DNA of 64,000 nt from Lingula anatina (GCA_051362555.1 CM120644.1:21598534-21662533), one strand, 5' to 3'; counted from the stretch's first letter, positions 14,101 through 27,440 are shown. Program-made: numbers and translations. The notes: generated by a model from the letters alone, not told the origin.

Positions 14101-17100
14101 CAATACAAGAGTTCTCCTTACTACCTCTGCAAGATGCAGATTACTCCTTTCTGGAAGGGGTTGTTGTTATCACAATACTCAACAAGGCCCTAAATCTTGC
14201 CAAATATCATGTATTGTACACATGGAGAAGAAACAGTGCTGCTCTTGGTGGTATCTTTCACTGCCTGCTTTTTCAGCTTTTTCATGGTGAGGGTACTCTG
14301 AAACAAGAACAATATAACTGAAAGGACTGAAAATTACATTTGAAAAGAATGACAAATTCGGTGACTTAATTAAAATAGTTTAACGTTAATAATTTTGTCA
14401 AATCTTGTCCAATATTTCTGAAATTTGTACAAATGATGCTTAACAACAATAAAAATCTGTGATAAGCTGATCACTTGTCTGTTTCTAATGAAAAGTACTT
14501 TTAAGGACAATATATTTGCGAAAACCAAAAATAACTTTGAAAAGACAGGGATTTTGCAGGACTTAAAATAGTTAAACGTTAATAATTTTGTCAAATCTTG
14601 TCCAATATTTCTGAAATTTGTGCAAATGATGCTTAACAACAATAAAAATCTGTGATAAGCTGATCAGTTGACTGTGTCTAATGAAAAGTGTTTTTTGGAA
14701 CAATATATTTGGGAGAACTGAAAATTACACTGAAAAGACTTGGAAATCGCGGGACTTAAAATAGTTAAACGTTAATAATTTTGTCAAATCTTGTCCAATA
14801 TTTCTGAAATTTGTGCAAATGATGCTTAACAACAATAAAAATCTGTGATAAGCTGATCAGTTGTCTGTATTGAATGAAAAGTGTTTTTTAGGACAATATA
14901 TTTGCAAAAACCAAAAATTACATTGAAAGGACTGGGATTTTGCAGGACTTAAAATAGTTAAACTTTAATAATTTTGTCAAATCTTGTCCAATATTTCTGA
15001 AATTTGTACAAATGATGCTTAACAACAATAAAAATCTGTGATAAGCTGATCAGTTGACTGTGTCTAATGAAAAGTGTTTTTTGGAACAACATATTTGGGA
15101 GAACTGAAAATTACACTGAAAAGACTGGGAAATCGCGGGCCTTAAAATAGTTAAACGTTAATAATTTTGTCAAATCTTGTCCAATATTTCTGAAATTTGT
15201 GCAAATGATGCTTAACAACAATAAAAATTTGTGATAAGCTGATCATTTGTCTGTGTCTAATGAAAAGTGTTTTTTGGGATAACATATTTGGGAAAAGTGA
15301 TAATTACATTGAAAAGACTGGCAAATCCCAGGATTTAAAATAGTTAAACGTTAATAATTTTGTCAAATCTTGTGGAATATTTCTGAAATTTGTACAAATG
15401 ATGCTTAACAATAATAAAAATCTGTGATAAGCTGATCAGTTATCTGAGTCTTTTTTTTAAGTGTCAAGTGTATGGGAAATTGATCATCAGAAGAGTGAGA
15501 ATTAACCAAAACAAATATTTCAATATTGCAATGTATCATTTACTCTGAAAGTAAACAGCACATGTGATGATTTGAGGTTGTTTGTGTAAGAGGTTGCAAA
15601 TTACCTATAACTGTCATCTGGAAAACAATATATACCAATACAAGAGTTCTCCTTACTACCTCTGCAAGATGCAGATTACTCCTTTCTGGAAGGGGTTGTT
15701 GTTATCACAATACTCAACAAGGCCTTAAATCTTGCCAAATATCATGTATTGTACACATGGAGAAGAAACAGTGCTGCTCTTGGTGGTATCTTTCACTGCC
15801 TGCTTTTTCAGCTTTTTCATGGTGAGGGTACTCTGAAACAAGAACAATATAACTGAAAGGACTGAAAATTACATTTGAAAAGAATGACAAATTCGGTGAC
15901 TTAATTAAAATAGTTTAACGTTAATAATTTTGTCAAATCTAGTCCAATATTTCTGAAATTTGTGCAAATGATGCTTAACAACAATAAAAATCTGTGATAA
16001 GCTGATCAGTTGTCTGTATTGAATGAAAAGTGTTTTTTAGGACAATATATTTGCGAAAACCAAAAATAACTTTGAAAAGACAGGGATTTTGCAGGACTTA
16101 AAATAGTTAAACGTTAATAATTTTGTCAAATCTTGTCCAATATTTCTGAAATTTGTGCAAATGATGCTTAACAACAATAAAAATCTGTGATAAGCTGATC
16201 AGTTGACCGTGTCTAATGAAAAGTGTTTTTTGGAACAATATATTTGGGAGAACTGAAAATTACACTGAAAAGACTGGGAAATCGTGGGCCTTAAAATAGT
16301 TAAACGTTAATAATTTTGTCAAATCTTGTCCAATATTTCTGAAATTTGTGCAAATGATGCTTAACAACAATAAAAATTTGTGATAAGCTGATCAGTTGAC
16401 TGTGTCTAATGAAAAGTGTTTTTTTGGACAACAAATTTGGGAAAACTGAAAATTACATTGAAAAGACTGGCAAATCCCAGGCCTTAAAATAGTTAAAAGT
16501 TAATAATTGTGTGAAATCTTGTGGAATATTTCTGAAATTTGTACAAATGATGCTTAGCAATAATGAAAATCTGTGATAAGCTGATCAGTTATCTGAGTCT
16601 TTTTTTAAGTGTCAAGTGTATGGGAAATTGATCATCAGAAGAGTGAGAATTAACCAAAACAAATATTTCAATATTGCAATGTATCATTTACTCTGAAAGT
16701 AAGCAGCACATGTGATGATTTGAGGTTGTTTGTGTAAGAGGTTGCAAATTACCTATAACTGTCATCTGGAAAACAATATATACCAATACAAGAGTTCTCC
16801 TTACTACCTCTGCAAGATGCAGATTACTCCTTTCTGGAAGGGGTTGTTGTTATCACAATACTCAACAAGGCCTTAAATCTTGCCAAATATCATGTATTGT
16901 ACACATGGAGAAGAAACAGTGCTGCTCTTGGTGGTATCTTTCACTGCCTGCTTTTTCAGCTTTTTCATGGTGAGGGTACTCTGAAACAAGAACAATATAA
17001 CTGAAAGGACTGAAAATTACATTTGAAAAGAATGACAAATTCGGTGACTTAATTAAAATAGTTTAACGTTAATAATTTTGTCAAATCTAGTCCAATATTT

Positions 17101-20100
17101 CTGAAATTTGTGCAAATGATGCTTAACAACAATAAAAATCTGTGATAAGCTGATCAGTTGTCTGTATTGAATGAAAAGTGTTTTTTAGGACAATATATTT
17201 GCGAAAACCAAAAATAACTTTGAAAAGACAGGGATTTTGCAGGACTTAAAATAGTTAAACGTTAATAATTTTGTCAAATCTTGTCCAATATTTCTGAAAT
17301 TTGTGCAAATGATGCTTAACAACAATAAAAATCTGTGATAAGCTGATCAGTTGACCGTGTCTAATGAAAAGTGTTTTTTGGAACAATATAATTGGGAGAA
17401 CTGAAAATTACACTGAAAAGACTGGGAAATCGTGGGCCTTAAAATAGTTAAACGTTAATAATTTTGTCAAATCTTGTCCAATATTTCTGAAATTTGTGCA
17501 AATGATGCTTAACAACAATAAAAATTTGTGATAAGCTGATCAGTTGACTGTGTCTAATGAAAAGTGTTTTTTTGGACAACAAATTTGGGAAAACTGAAAA
17601 TTACATTGAAAAGACTGGCAAATCCCAGGCCTTAAAATAGTTAAAAGTTAATAATTGTGTGAAATCTTGTGGAATATTTCTGAAATTTGTACAAATGATG
17701 CTTAGCAATAATGAAAATCTGTGATAAGCTGATCAGTTATCTGAGTCTTTTTTTAAGTGTCAAGTGTATGGGAAATTGATCATCAGAAGAGTGAGAATTA
17801 ACCAAAACAAATATTTCAATATTGCAATGTATCATTTACTCTGAAAGTAAGCAGCACATGTGATGATTTGAGGTTGTTTGTGTAAGAGGTTGCAAATTAC
17901 CTATAACTGTCATCTGGAAAACAATATATACCCATCATACAAGAGTTCTCCTTACTACCAATGCAAGATGCAGATTACTCCTTTCTGGAAGGGGTTGTTG
18001 TTATCACAATACTCAACAAGGCCCTAAATCTTGCCAAATATCATGTATTGTACACATGGAGAAGAAACAGTGTTGCTCTTGGTGGTATCTTTCACTGCCT
18101 GCCTTTTCAGCTTTTTCATGGTGAGGGTACTCTGAAACAAGAACAATATAACTGAAATGACTGAAAATTACATTTGAAAAGAATGACAAATTCGGTGACT
18201 TAATTAAAATAGTTAAACATTAATAATTTTGTCAAATCTAGTCCAATATTTCTGATATTTGTACAAATAATGCTTAACAACAATAAAAATCTGTGATAAG
18301 CTGATCAGTTGTCTGTTTCTAATGAAAAGTGTTTTTTAGGACAATATATTTGCGAAAACCAAAAATTACATTGAAAAGACTGGGATTTCGCAGGACTTAA
18401 AATAGTTAAACGTTAATAATTTTGTCAAATCTTGTCCAATATTTCTGAAATTTGTACAAATGATGCTTAACAACAATAAAAATATGTGATAAGCTGATCG
18501 TTTGTCTGTGTCTAATGAAAAGTGTTTTTTGGCACAACATATTTGGGAAAACTGAAAATTACATTGAAAAGACTGGCAAATCCCAGGCCTTAAAATAGTT
18601 AAACGTTCATAATTTTGTCAAATCTTGTGGAATATTTCTGAAATTTGTACAAATGATGTTTAGCAATAATAAAAATCTGTGATAAGCTGATCAGTTATCT
18701 GAGTCTTTTTTTTAAGTGTCAAGTGTATGGGAAATTGATCATCAGAAGAGTGAGAATTAACCAAAACAAATATTTCAATATTGCAATGTATCATTTACTC
18801 TGAAAGTAAGCAGAACATGTGATGATTTGAGGTTGTTTGTGTAAGAGGTTGCAAATTACCTATAACTGTCATCTGGAAAACAATATATACCCATACAAGA
18901 GTTCTCCTTACTACCTCTGCAAGATGCAGATTACTCCTTTCTGGAAGGGGTTGTTGTTATCACAATACTCAACAAGGCCCTAAATCTTGCCAAATATCAT
19001 GTATTGTACACATGGAGAAGAAACAGTGCTGCTCTTGGGAGTATCTTTCACTGCCTGCCTTTTCAGCTTTTTCATGGTGAGGGTACTCTGAAACAAGAAA
19101 AATATAACTGAAATGACTGAAAATTACATTTGAAAAGAATGACAAATTCGGTGACTTAATTAAAATAGTTAAACATTAATTATTTTGTCAAATCTAGTCC
19201 AATATTTCTGATATTTGTACAAATAATGCTTAACAACAATAAAAATCTGTGATAAGCTGATCACTTGTCTGTTTTTAATGAAAAGTGCTTTTAAGGACAA
19301 TATATTTGCGAAAACCAAAAATAACATTGAAAAGACAGGGATTTTGCAGGACTTAAAATAGTTAAACGTTAATAATTTTGTCAAATCTTGTCCAATATTT
19401 CTGACATTTGTACAAATGATGCTTAACAACAATAAAAATCTGTGATAAGCTGATCAGTTGACTGTGTCTAATGAAAAGTGTTTTTTGGAACAATATATTT
19501 GGGAGAACTGAAAATTACACTGAAAAGACTTGGAAATCGCGGGACTTAAAATAGTTAAACGTTAATAATTTTGTCAAATCTTGTCCAATATTTCTGAAAT
19601 TTGTGCAAATGATGCTTAACAACAATAAAAATCTGTGATAAGCTGATCACTTGTATGTATTGAATGAAAAGTGTTTTTTAGGACAATATATTTGCGAAAA
19701 CCAAAAATAACATAGAAAAGACTGGGATTTTGCAGGACTTAAAATAGTTAAACTTTAATAATTTTGTCAAATCTTGTCCAATATTTCTGAAATTTGTGCA
19801 AATGATGCTTAACAACAATAAAAATCTGTGATAAGCTGATCAGTTGACCGTGTCTAATGAAAAGTGTTTTTTGGAACAATATATTTGGGAGAACTGAAAA
19901 TTACACTGAAAAGACTGGGAAATCGTGGGCCTTAAAATAGTTAAACGTTAATAATTTTGTCAAATCTTGTCCAATATTTCTGAAATTTGTGCAAATGATG
20001 CTTAACAACAATAAAAATTTGTGATAAGCTGATCAGTTGTCTGTATTGAATGAAAAGTGTTTTTTTGGACAACAAATTTGGGAAAACTGAAAATTACATT

Positions 20101-22694
20101 GAAAAGACTGGCAAATCCCAGGCCTTAAAATAGTTAAAAGTTAATAATTGTGTGAAATCTTGTGGAATATTTCTGAAATTTGTACAAATGATGCTTAGCA
20201 ATAATGAAAATCTGTGATAAGCTGATCAGTTATCTGAGTCTTTTTTTAAGTGTCAAGTGTATGGGAAATTGATCATCAGAAGAGTGAGAATTAACCAAAA
20301 CAAATATTTCAATATTGCAATGTATCATTTACTCTGAAAGTAAGCAGCACATGTGATGATTTGAGGTTGTTTGTGTAAGAGGTTGCAAATTACCTATAAC
20401 TGTCATCTGGAAAACAATATATACCCATCATACAAGAGTTCTCCTTACTACCAATGCAAGATGCAGATTACTCCTTTCTGGAAGGGGTTGTTGTTATCAC
20501 AATACTCAACAAGGCCCTAAATCTTGCCAAATATCATGTATTGTACACATGGAGAAGAAACAGTGTTGCTCTTGGTGGTATCTTTCACTGCCTGCCTTTT
20601 CAGCTTTTTCATGGTGAGGGTACTCTGAAACAAGAACAATATAACTGAAATGACTGAAAATTACATTTGAAAAGAATGACAAATTCGGTGACTTAATTAA
20701 AATAGTTAAACATTAATAATTTTGTCAAATCTAGTCCAATATTTCTGATATTTGTACAAATAATGCTTAACAACAATAAAAATCTGTGATAAGCTGATCA
20801 GTTGTCTGTTTCTAATGAAAAGTGTTTTTTAGGACAATATATTTGCGAAAACCAAAAATTACATTGAAAAGACTGGGATTTCGCAGGACTTAAAATAGTT
20901 AAACGTTAATAATTTTGTCAAATCTTGTCCAATATTTCTGAAATTTGTACAAATGATGCTTAACAACAATAAAAATATGTGATAAGCTGATCGTTTGTCT
21001 GTGTCTAATGAAAAGTGTTTTTTGGCACAACATATTTGGGAAAACTGAAAATTACATTGAAAAGACTGGCAAATCCCAGGCCTTAAAATAGTTAAACGTT
21101 CATAATTTTGTCAAATCTTGTGGAATATTTCTGAAATTTGTACAAATGATGTTTAGCAATAATAAAAATCTGTGATAAGCTGATCAGTTATCTGAGTCTT
21201 TTTTTTAAGTGTCAAGTGTATGGGAAATTGATCATCAGAAGAGTGAGAATTAACCAAAACAAATATTTCAATATTGCAATGTATCATTTACTCTGAAAGT
21301 AAGCAGAACATGTGATGATTTGAGGTTGTTTGTGTAAGAGGTTGCAAATTACCTATAACTGTCATCTGGAAAACAATATATACCCATACAAGAGTTCTCC
21401 TTACTACCTCTGCAAGATGCAGATTACTCCTTTCTGGAAGGGGTTGTTGTTATCACAATACTCAACAAGGCCCTAAATCTTGCCAAATATCATGTATTGT
21501 ACACATGGAGAAGAAACAGTGCTGCTCTTGGGAGTATCTTTCACTGCCTGCCTTTTCAGCTTTTTCATGGTGAGGGTACTCTGAAACAAGAAAAATATAA
21601 CTGAAATGACTGAAAATTACATTTGAAAAGAATGACAAATTCGGTGACTTAATTAAAATAGTTAAACATTAATTATTTTGTCAAATCTAGTCCAATATTT
21701 CTGATATTTGTACAAATAATGCTTAACAACAATAAAAATCTGTGATAAGCTGATCACTTGTCTGTTTTTAATGAAAAGTGCTTTTAAGGACAATATATTT
21801 GCGAAAACCAAAAATAACATTGAAAAGACAGGGATTTTGCAGGACTTAAAATAGTTAAACTTTAATAATTTTGTCAAATCTTGTCCAATATTTCTGACAT
21901 TTGTACAAATGATGCTTAACAACAATAAAAATCTGTGATAAGCTGATCAGTTGACTGTGTCTAATGAAAAGTGTTTTTTGGAACAATATATTTGGGAGAA
22001 CTGAAAATTACACTGAAAAGACTTGGAAATCGCGGGACTTAAAATAGTTAAACGTTAATAATTTTGTCAAATCTTGTCCAATATTTCTGAAATTTGTGCA
22101 AATGATGCTTAACAACAATAAAAATCTGTGATAAGCTGATCACTTGTATGTATTGAATGAAAAGTGTTTTTTAGGACAATATATTTGCGAAAACCAAAAA
22201 TAACATAGAAAAGACTGGGATTTTGCAGGACTTAAAATAGTTAAACTTTAATAATTTTGTCAAATCTTGTCCAATATTTCTGAAATTTGTGCAATTGATG
22301 CTTAACAACAATAAAAATCTGTGATAAGCTGATCAGTTGACTGTGTCTAATGAAAAGTGTTGTTTTGGACAACAAATTTGGGAAAACTGAAAATTACATT
22401 GAAAAGACTGGCAAATCCCAGGCCTTAAAATAGTTAAAAGTTAATAATTGTGTGAAATCTTGTGGAATATTTCTGAAATTTGTACAAATGATGCTTAGCA
22501 ATAATTAAAATCTGTGATAAGCTGATCAGTTATCTGAGTCCTTTTTTTAAGTGTCAAGTGTATGGGAAATTGATCATCAGAAGAGTGAGAATTAACCAAA
22601 AGAAATATTTCAATATTGCAATGTATTATTTACTCTGATAGTAAACAGCAAATGTGATGATTTGAGGTTGTTTGTGTAAGAGGTTGCAAATTAC

Positions 22695-23008
22695 CTATAA
22701 CTGTCATCTGGAAAACAATATATACCCATACAAGACTTCTCCTTACTACCTCTGGAAGATGTAGATATACAACTCCTTACAAAGGGTTACTGGAATCAGT
22801 GAGGTGGAAACGTGAAGTGACGCAGTGTATTGACAGTTCAGGTGAATCCTTCCTTTCAGATGTTTGTGGGGTTTGTGGACAAGGAAGCCTGTAACCCGAT
22901 TTTCTCAATATACCTCCTCAATGCTACAAGGAATGCTGCACTTCACAAGGTCAAAGGTAATGTCAACGTCATTTCTGCTTTCTCCAGTCCTGTATATGTC
23001 TGCAGTTA
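22695..23008 (-). pseudogene. 314-bp exon-like block, Ig V-set-like pseudo-exon at array edge
   Basis: Acceptor TTTTTTGTGACAG, donor ATAG|GTAAT. Phase-1 translation: TADIYRTGESRNDVDITFDLVKCSIPCSIEEVY*ENRVTGFLVHKPHKHLKGRIHLNCQYTASLHVSTSLIPVTLCKELYIYIF, then a 1-nt shift to EVVRRSLVWVYIVFQMTVI. The 3' ~75 nt are nearly identical to the repeated block. Confidence 0.42.
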
Positions 23009-23106
23009 CTGTCACAAAAAACATTTCATTTCACAGTGTGAGAATTAAGTTTTGTTCTCTGACACTTGATCATTAACGCACTTATATTCGTGACAACAAT
23101 CCTTAC

Positions 23107-23183
23107 AGGTGTTTACATTACGGCCAGCAGCAAGCAGCAAATTTTCTCCAGATAGACCAAGGTAAAGATGACAGCACCTCCAT
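23107..23183 (-). pseudogene. Possible leader/signal-peptide exon upstream of the Ig-like exon
   Basis: ACTATCATGG start context and phase-1 donor ACCT|GTAAGG. A 98-bp GT-AG intron (23009-23106) links it to the next exon. One frameshift is needed to read MEVLSSLPWSIWRNLLLAAGRNVNT. Confidence 0.25.
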
Positions 23184-23539
23184 GATAGTTCCAGTGTGGG
23201 TTTCCAGTAGGGAAAATCCGTCACAGAAAATCCTGACATCAGCTCTCCTGGACACGCAAAACATTTTAGATATTTTTTTTCACTTTCAATATGGCAGATA
23301 AGGTGGTCCATGCTAGTAAAAGTGGTAAGCAGGGCAGAACCATGTCTCTGGACACTACCATAATGAAATGGCGTAAGCTCACAGACTTTGTAGCTGATCC
23401 AGTTGTAAACACCTCGCCTAGTTTAGACTAAGAATATAATGATGAATGCAATAAGAGTGACAAATTTCCAAGGCCGTTATGTCCCAAAGTTTCGGTTCAT
23501 TCAAAGGGGAGGAATCTTGCACCGCAGGACAAAAGCAAC

Positions 23540-24080
23540 GTGATAGTGATAGTGGATATTGGCTATTTTAAAAGCCATAGCGGACTCAGAGGCTAGAGTG
23601 ATGCTGCGAATATCTCAGCTGGATCAACACTTTGAAGAACGCATTTTAGGGAAGGTGAATGCAATTATCGATAGCAAGGTGGAAGCGGAATTACGTGGGA
23701 TACGTGACGCGTTTGAAGTGTCATTAAATAATGTAACAGACAAGCTATCTTCCATACGCCAAACTACAGTGCCCACGGAGGACCTGTGGCTATAAGAAAT
23801 TTTAATTATGGTGATAATTAATGAAAACATGATGAGCAAGGTGAATGCTTTATTACGAGAGGGCCTTAAGCTCAAGGTTCAGGTAGCAACAGCTGAAAGA
23901 AAACCTGTGTACAACAATAGACTGGCATTGTCATCGCCCGTTTTCACACAAACGAGGACAAAAAATGTGTTATGCAGGTAAAAAGCCGATTGAAGGATTC
24001 TTGTGTACATTTAAATATCTCAGTTAATCACAACAAACCTAAGCACGTACGTGACATGGAAACAAGCATGCAAAACCTTA
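23540..24080 (+). mobile_element. LINE ORF1-like relic (CR1/L2 type)
   Basis: Coiled-coil-like ORF 23559-23795, then frameshifted KVNALLREGLKLKVQVATAERKP...GIVIARFHTNEDKKCVMQVKSRLKDS. Lies upstream of a CR1 endonuclease. Confidence 0.6.
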
Positions 24081-24350
24081 TGTAGGGGTCCATGTTCCAC
24101 CCTACCCAGGTTCTTCTAATATTTTACTTGTCACTGATGCATGGGAGAGGGAATATAACTACAAACTCACATCTTCAGTTCCAAGTCTAAAAGTCCTTTA
24201 TTAAGTCCAAGCATTCAGCCTTTATACACATTATCTCCAGAGAATCTATCTGCATGCCACAGTGGCAGCAACTCATTTAAATACTAATTGCAATGCAATA
24301 GATAACAATTGAGGGCTTCTACTTTTAAGTTATACCTTGTGAATAGCATT
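24081..24350 (-). mobile_element. LTR-like segment interrupting the LINE
   Basis: Minus strand has TATAAAGG (~24225), AATAAA (~24200) and ends ...GGACCCCTACA. The other boundary and a TSD were not found. Confidence 0.3.
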
Positions 24351-24487
24351 CCAGGGCCCCGTAACTCAAAAGCATTGCGCATTGTGACTGAGCACAAGCG
24401 TCTCAATAACTCACCCATACCATATAATACATTGTAGCCTCTATGTGATATCGCTATTTGCAATGCTTTCGAGTTGAGGGGCCCTGG
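24351..24487. mobile_element. ~135-bp PIF/Harbinger-type MITE
   Basis: Inverted termini CCAGGGCCCCGTAACTCAAAAGCATTG / CAATGCTTTCGAGTTGAGGGGCCCTGG (~27 bp, 3 mismatches) in a CWG context. Confidence 0.7.
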
Positions 24488-24764
24488 TACACGGGACCAT
24501 GTGATATTTGCAGGTAACTCCATTGTGGAAGCCTGCCATTATAATAGGTCCAGTAACCTCAGATCAGGAGCTAGTGCTAGAAACCGCAATGCTGGCTGGA
24601 CTACTGTTAATCCAGGTCGGCGTAGAGGTATTCACAGGGACAGGTCAAATGATGATAGGGAGGAGGTGTATTATTGTATTATTGAAATGTGAGGCGATTG
24701 GATTTAGAACTCGACAATCTTGAATATGTTGTATTCGAGGTAATAGGACACGGTAACCAGAAAC

Positions 24765-25400
24765 ATGGCATAGTAGTGTGTTACCGTCCTCCTGCTTATG
24801 ACGCTGTATGAACTCCTGAATTTATTAGTCAATTCAGAACTATTTTAGAAAACTGAGAGAACGGTTACTGATTTATGCGTTATGGCCCTTGGGTGATTTC
24901 AACTTTTCCAGTATTGACAATCAGTATACAATGAAGCACTGTGATCCGTTCTTTAATTTTACTTTGACACAGATGGTACATGAACCTACACATTGGTCAG
25001 GGAATACTCTCGATCTAGACTTGTAAAACAGACCTGAGCAAATATGTGATTTAGAGGTCTGGCCTGACGGTTTTTGCTTGGATCATTATCCAGTAGTGTT
25101 TACGTTTGAAATGAATGCGAGTAGGGTACGCTCGCTGATTCAATATTAGATTGGAAGCATGCAGATCTACAAGGGTTGAGAAATTTCTTTTGTGAGAGGC
25201 TTATTGGTCATGGTTCTGATTTGAGGGTAGATAATGCCAATTATAATGTTAAACGTGTGGAATGATTGGCTGTTTTGTGGTAAATGAGGGAATAGATTGC
25301 TTAGCACCATAGCGCTATTGGTCATTTTACCACAATAGAGTAAATGCCGATAGAATACCAAAATCTGTTAGTTACAATGGTGTGAAGGGAGTTGATTGCA
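24765..25400 (+). mobile_element. CR1-clade LINE ORF2, APE endonuclease relic
   Basis: Motifs across frameshifts: GIVVCYRPP, LGDFN, LTQMVHEPTHWSGNTLDL, LDHYPVVF, DWKHADLQGL. Confidence 0.85.
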
Positions 25401-25677
25401 GTGATAAAGCCAAATTGTTCAATGATTAATTTACTGTTGTCTTTTCTAATGGTGATTTTTTTATTGCAATAAAAAAAAATGTAAGTACATTTAAACGTTA
25501 CAAGCACACAATACTCATTACAATAGCACAGTCCACAAGGTTTTAACATACAGAAATAATTACTGTCGATAACTTGTATACATTTAACTACACAAACCAT
25601 ATACACATATCCATTTCTGCCATATAACATTGAATGTTTCTACATTTTGAGATACAATGTATTTTTCCTTATAGATT

Positions 25678-25965
25678 TTGAGGCTTATAGAGACGCTGTT
25701 CTATGAAGAGATGTATGACAAAGGATATAGACAAGTGAATGATCTTATTAATGAACATGGTAGACTATATTCATATAAAGAATTTACTGAACTCGCTAAC
25801 ATTAAAATCAACTTTTTACAATATAATATTATTGCGACCATAAATGATCTGTACAGAAAAAATGACAATCCCCATAAAATCAAAACTTACTGTCCGTGGC
25901 AACCAGAAAGTACACAAATTATTGTTAGACATACAAGTGGCTCAAAAGATATGTACGACATATTC
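25678..25965 (+). mobile_element. L1/Tx1-like LINE ORF2 C-terminal fragment
   Basis: LFYEEMYDKGYRQVNDLINEHGRLYSYKEF...INFLQY...GSKDMYDIF resembles the region preceding zf-RVT in L1/Tx1 ORF2. Confidence 0.65.
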
Positions 25966-26710
25966 TAATGATAGTATAGTTTTGCCAGATATTGACAATG
26001 TGGTCGAACCTTCATTAGAATGTTTTGAATTTATGACCGAAGAGGTGTTAAATTGTATTTCAAGTCTTGATGTAAACAAAGCTTATGGTCCTGTCAGAAT
26101 TCTGCCAAAACTATTGAAGGAATGTGCCACGTACATCATAAAGTGACTCTTGTGCATTCTTATTTAATTTTAGTACGTTGTCTGGCGAGCTGCATATTAT
26201 TTGGAAGTTGGCGAATATCACGCCTATGAACAAAAAGGGTAACAAGGGTAAGGTAGAAAACTACAGGCCAGTATCTTTGTTATGTACTATTTCCAAGGTT
26301 ATGGAGAGGTTGATCCACACTAAACTGACCGAACTAATCCTACCTTAACGTTATGACGCTCATCATGGTTTTCCTGCACAGCATTCAACTAGCACCCAGC
26401 AAGTACAAGCATTACATTCAATAGGGGAAAATTTGGATAGAGGTGAACAGATTGTCATTTATCTAGATTTTAGCAAGGCATTTGATGTCATGCCTCATCA
26501 ACTTTTGGTACACAAGCTGCGTAGTTTTGGCATAAATGGTAGATTATTGAACTGGTTTAGTGGTTATCTATTTGGAAGATAGCAAAGAGTATGCTTAAAT
26601 GGTGAAACCTCATATACTAATGGTGTAACTTCTGGAGTTCCACAAGGATCAATCTTGGGGCCACTGATGTTTTTACTTGATGTCAGTGACTTACCTGAGG
26701 TTGTTGACCA
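25966..26710 (+). mobile_element. CR1-clade LINE reverse transcriptase relic
   Basis: LDVNKAYGP, WKLANITPMNKKG, ENYRPVSLL, VIYLDFSKAFD, TSGVPQGSILGPLMF, with stops and frameshifts. Truncated before the YADD motif. Confidence 0.92.
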
Positions 26711-27029
26711 GTTATTGCATTATTTTAAAGTGTCGTACTATTATTTGCCAGTTGTTTTAATTATGCTCTTTTAAGTTCATATATATAATTTTGTAATCAA
26801 TAAAGTCATTCAAATAAAAAAATATATATTACAAGAGCATTACAGCATAAAGATAGCTGTTGTTATCTTAGATATTGTTGTCAACAATGATCGCCACAAA
26901 CAGTCATTAATTGTTCCCAGATTTCTGGCTTACAGGTAAATTCATCTGAAATTGTACCCATTATTTCCTGTTTCACTAAAGACTTTATTCCAGCAAATCG
27001 ATCCCACATAGCAGTTACGGAAGGCCTTT

Positions 27030-27440
27030 TGATTGGTTACAACTGTCCGATAGCCCTTGCTCCTAGAAAGTCTTGATTGGAAGTGAAAATCAGCCATTTG
27101 CAGTCCAGACTCTAGTTGGTTGGGGGCATGGAAGGGTATTCTATTTCTTCCAGTGTCAATGTCAATGTTAACATCGCTCATCCTACTACCATTAAAGAAT
27201 GACCCCAGTGTTTTCACGAGAGGTGATCAGAGTGCTAGAAAGAAGCTTCCCTCATGATAAAAGCTGTGATGCTCAAGTTTCACAGGAAGACACACAGTTC
27301 CTCGACTTATTGGAGATGAACATCTGCCAACGAGGTGATGGTCATCTTGAAACGCCACTACCATTTAAGAGACAACCAATGCTTCCCAACAACAAAAACC
27401 ACTTGCCTGACTCCACCTGAGTCACCTGAAAAGAAAAATA
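27030..27440 (+). mobile_element. BEL/Pao LTR retrotransposon pol fragment
   Basis: ENQPFAVQTLVGWG and VSQEDTQFLDLLEMNICQRGDGHLETPLPFKRQPMLPNNK, typical of the Pao protease-RT linker. Confidence 0.8.

Larger units (their letters stand above)
1..22770. repeat. Composite satellite array: 193-bp monomers interleaved with a ~570-bp exon-like-segment-containing unit (continues beyond left edge)
   Basis: Anchor TTAAAATAGTT recurs at 588, 781, 974 (193-bp period). The non-satellite segment (AAGTGTCAAGTGTATGGG...) starts at 142, 1870, 3404, 5135, 8363, 9511, 11044, 12003, 13924, 15459, 16607, 17755, 18714, 20248, 21207 and 22549. Spacings fit ~570+n*193 (n=2-7) once the 1500-bp insert is removed. 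Confidence 0.97.

Noticed and set aside
1-22770. CRISPR-like repeat/spacer array
   Set aside because: Repeats are 193 bp, the intervening segments are near-identical rather than unique, there are no cas genes, and the context is eukaryotic.
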